From: Octopus sinensis
Taxonomy: Eukaryota
Direction: 5' to 3'
DNA length: 64,000 nucleotides
Assembly: GCF_006345805.1 (NCBI RefSeq)
Contig: NC_043024.1
Location: forward strand, 12,214,001 to 12,278,000
A program made the position numbers and the translations under genes. Below are positions 62,885 through 64,000 of the stretch, piece after piece. Under the pieces are notes generated by a model. That model ran no database searches, was not told the origin of the DNA, and worked only from the letters and a program-made list of their open reading frames with translations. Numbering within the stretch: the stretch's first letter is position 1; the number at the start of each line of letters is the position of its first letter.

Positions 62885-64000
62885 ATGTCAAAAGCGAAAG
62901 GAATATTATTGTATGAATGTGACATCTGTAAAAAATCCTTCTCTCAAAAATGCAACCTCACAACTCACAAATATATTCATACAGGAGAAAAACGACATCA
63001 CTGTGATGTCTGTGGTAAATCGTTTTCACAAAATACTCACTTAACTAGACACAAACGTATTCATACAGGAGAGAAACCATATCACTGTGATATCTGTGGT
63101 AGATCATTCGCTGAAGGAAGCAACTTAGCTAAACATAAGTACATTCATACAGGAGAGAAATCACATCGTTGTGACATTTGTGGTAAAACATTCTCTCAGG
63201 CAGGTGCCTTAACTACACACAAACGTATTCATACAGGAGACAAACCATATAATTGTGAAGTCTGTGGTAAATCATTCTCTCGAAATAATACCTTGACTAT
63301 ACACAAATATATTCATACAGGACAGAAACCATATAAATGTGATATCTGTGGTAAATCATTCTCTCAAAGTGATACCTTAAATAAGCACAAATATATTCAT
63401 ACAGGTGAGAAACCATATCATTGTAAAATCTGTGGAGAATCATTCTCTCAATATAATCTCTTAAATCGACACAGAAGCATTCATACTGGCCAGAAACCAT
63501 ACGACTGTGATATTTGTGGTAAATCATTCCCTGAAGGAAGCAGCTTAGCTAAGCACATACTCATTCATACAGGAGAGAAACAATATCACTGTGATATCTG
63601 TGGGCAATCCTTTTCACAAAAACCTCACTTAAACAACCACAAGCGCATTCATACAGGAGAGAAACCGTATTGCTGTGATATCTGTGGCAAATCATTCTCT
63701 CATACAGGTAGCTTAACTACACACAAATACACACACACGGGAGAGAAACCATATCGTTGTGATGTCTGTGGTAAATCATTCTCTCAGAAAAGTAATCTAT
63801 CCACACACAAATATATTCATACTGGAGAGAAGCCATATCACTGTGATATCTGTGGTAAATCATTCTCTGGAGGAAGTACCTTAACAAACCACAAACGTAG
63901 TCATACAGGTGACAAACCATTTCATTGTGATATCTGTGGTAAATCATTCTCTAAAAATGATACTTTGACCAAACATATCCGCATTCATACAGGAGAGAAA
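62885..64000 (+). CDS. C2H2 zinc-finger protein, cluster gene 5 (3'-partial; 372 codons and 13 fingers in window)
   Basis: Manual translation from ATG 62885 gives [36 protein letters not shown]... and is open to the window end. Paralogous acceptor tcatttcag| at 62469. Confidence 0.93.
   Translation, partial: MSKAKGILLYECDICKKSFSQKCNLTTHKYIHTGEKRHHCDVCGKSFSQNTHLTRHKRIHTGEKPYHCDICGRSFAEGSNLAKHKYIHTGEKSHRCDICGKTFSQAGALTTHKRIHTGDKPYNCEVCGKSFSRNNTLTIHKYIHTGQKPYKCDICGKSFSQSDTLNKHKYIHTGEKPYHCKICGESFSQYNLLNRHRSIHTGQKPYDCDICGKSFPEGSSLAKHILIHTGEKQYHCDICGQSFSQKPHLNNHKRIHTGEKPYCCDICGKSFSHTGSLTTHKYTHTGEKPYRCDVCGKSFSQKSNLSTHKYIHTGEKPYHCDICGKSFSGGSTLTNHKRSHTGDKPFHCDICGKSFSKNDTLTKHIRIHTGEK

Overview
AT-rich, repeat-dense eukaryotic DNA, most likely from a coleoid cephalopod (Octopus-like: TGEKPY-linked multi-finger C2H2 genes, RTE LINEs with (GAT)n tails, abundant tRNA-derived SINEs, (TA)n microsatellites). 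The right 60% holds a cluster of five C2H2 zinc-finger genes, each with an uninterrupted CDS: four on - (26466-27821, 36227-37834, 43337-44272, 52717-54327) and one on + (62885 to the window end, absent from the ORF track). Each - gene has a paralogous promoter/first-exon module 2-3.3 kb upstream: a palindromic NRF1-type site (TGCGCATGCGCA), then 99-114 bp later a CATG|GTAAAG donor. Splicing that donor to the paralogous acceptor would create conserved short uORFs. A fifth, inverted module at about 50.5-50.7 kb, followed by a candidate 10-nt microexon, may be the promoter of the + gene, which would nest gene 4 antisense in its intron. The rest is TE debris: Penelope-like elements with hammerhead-ribozyme motifs, RTE, CR1, R4-type and Tx1/L1-type LINE fragments, Tc1/mariner, hAT, piggyBac and Harbinger MITEs, and Gypsy relics. 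One unassigned candidate coding exon lies at 2797-3009 (-). All calls were made by eye; no searches were run and many TE boundaries are approximate.
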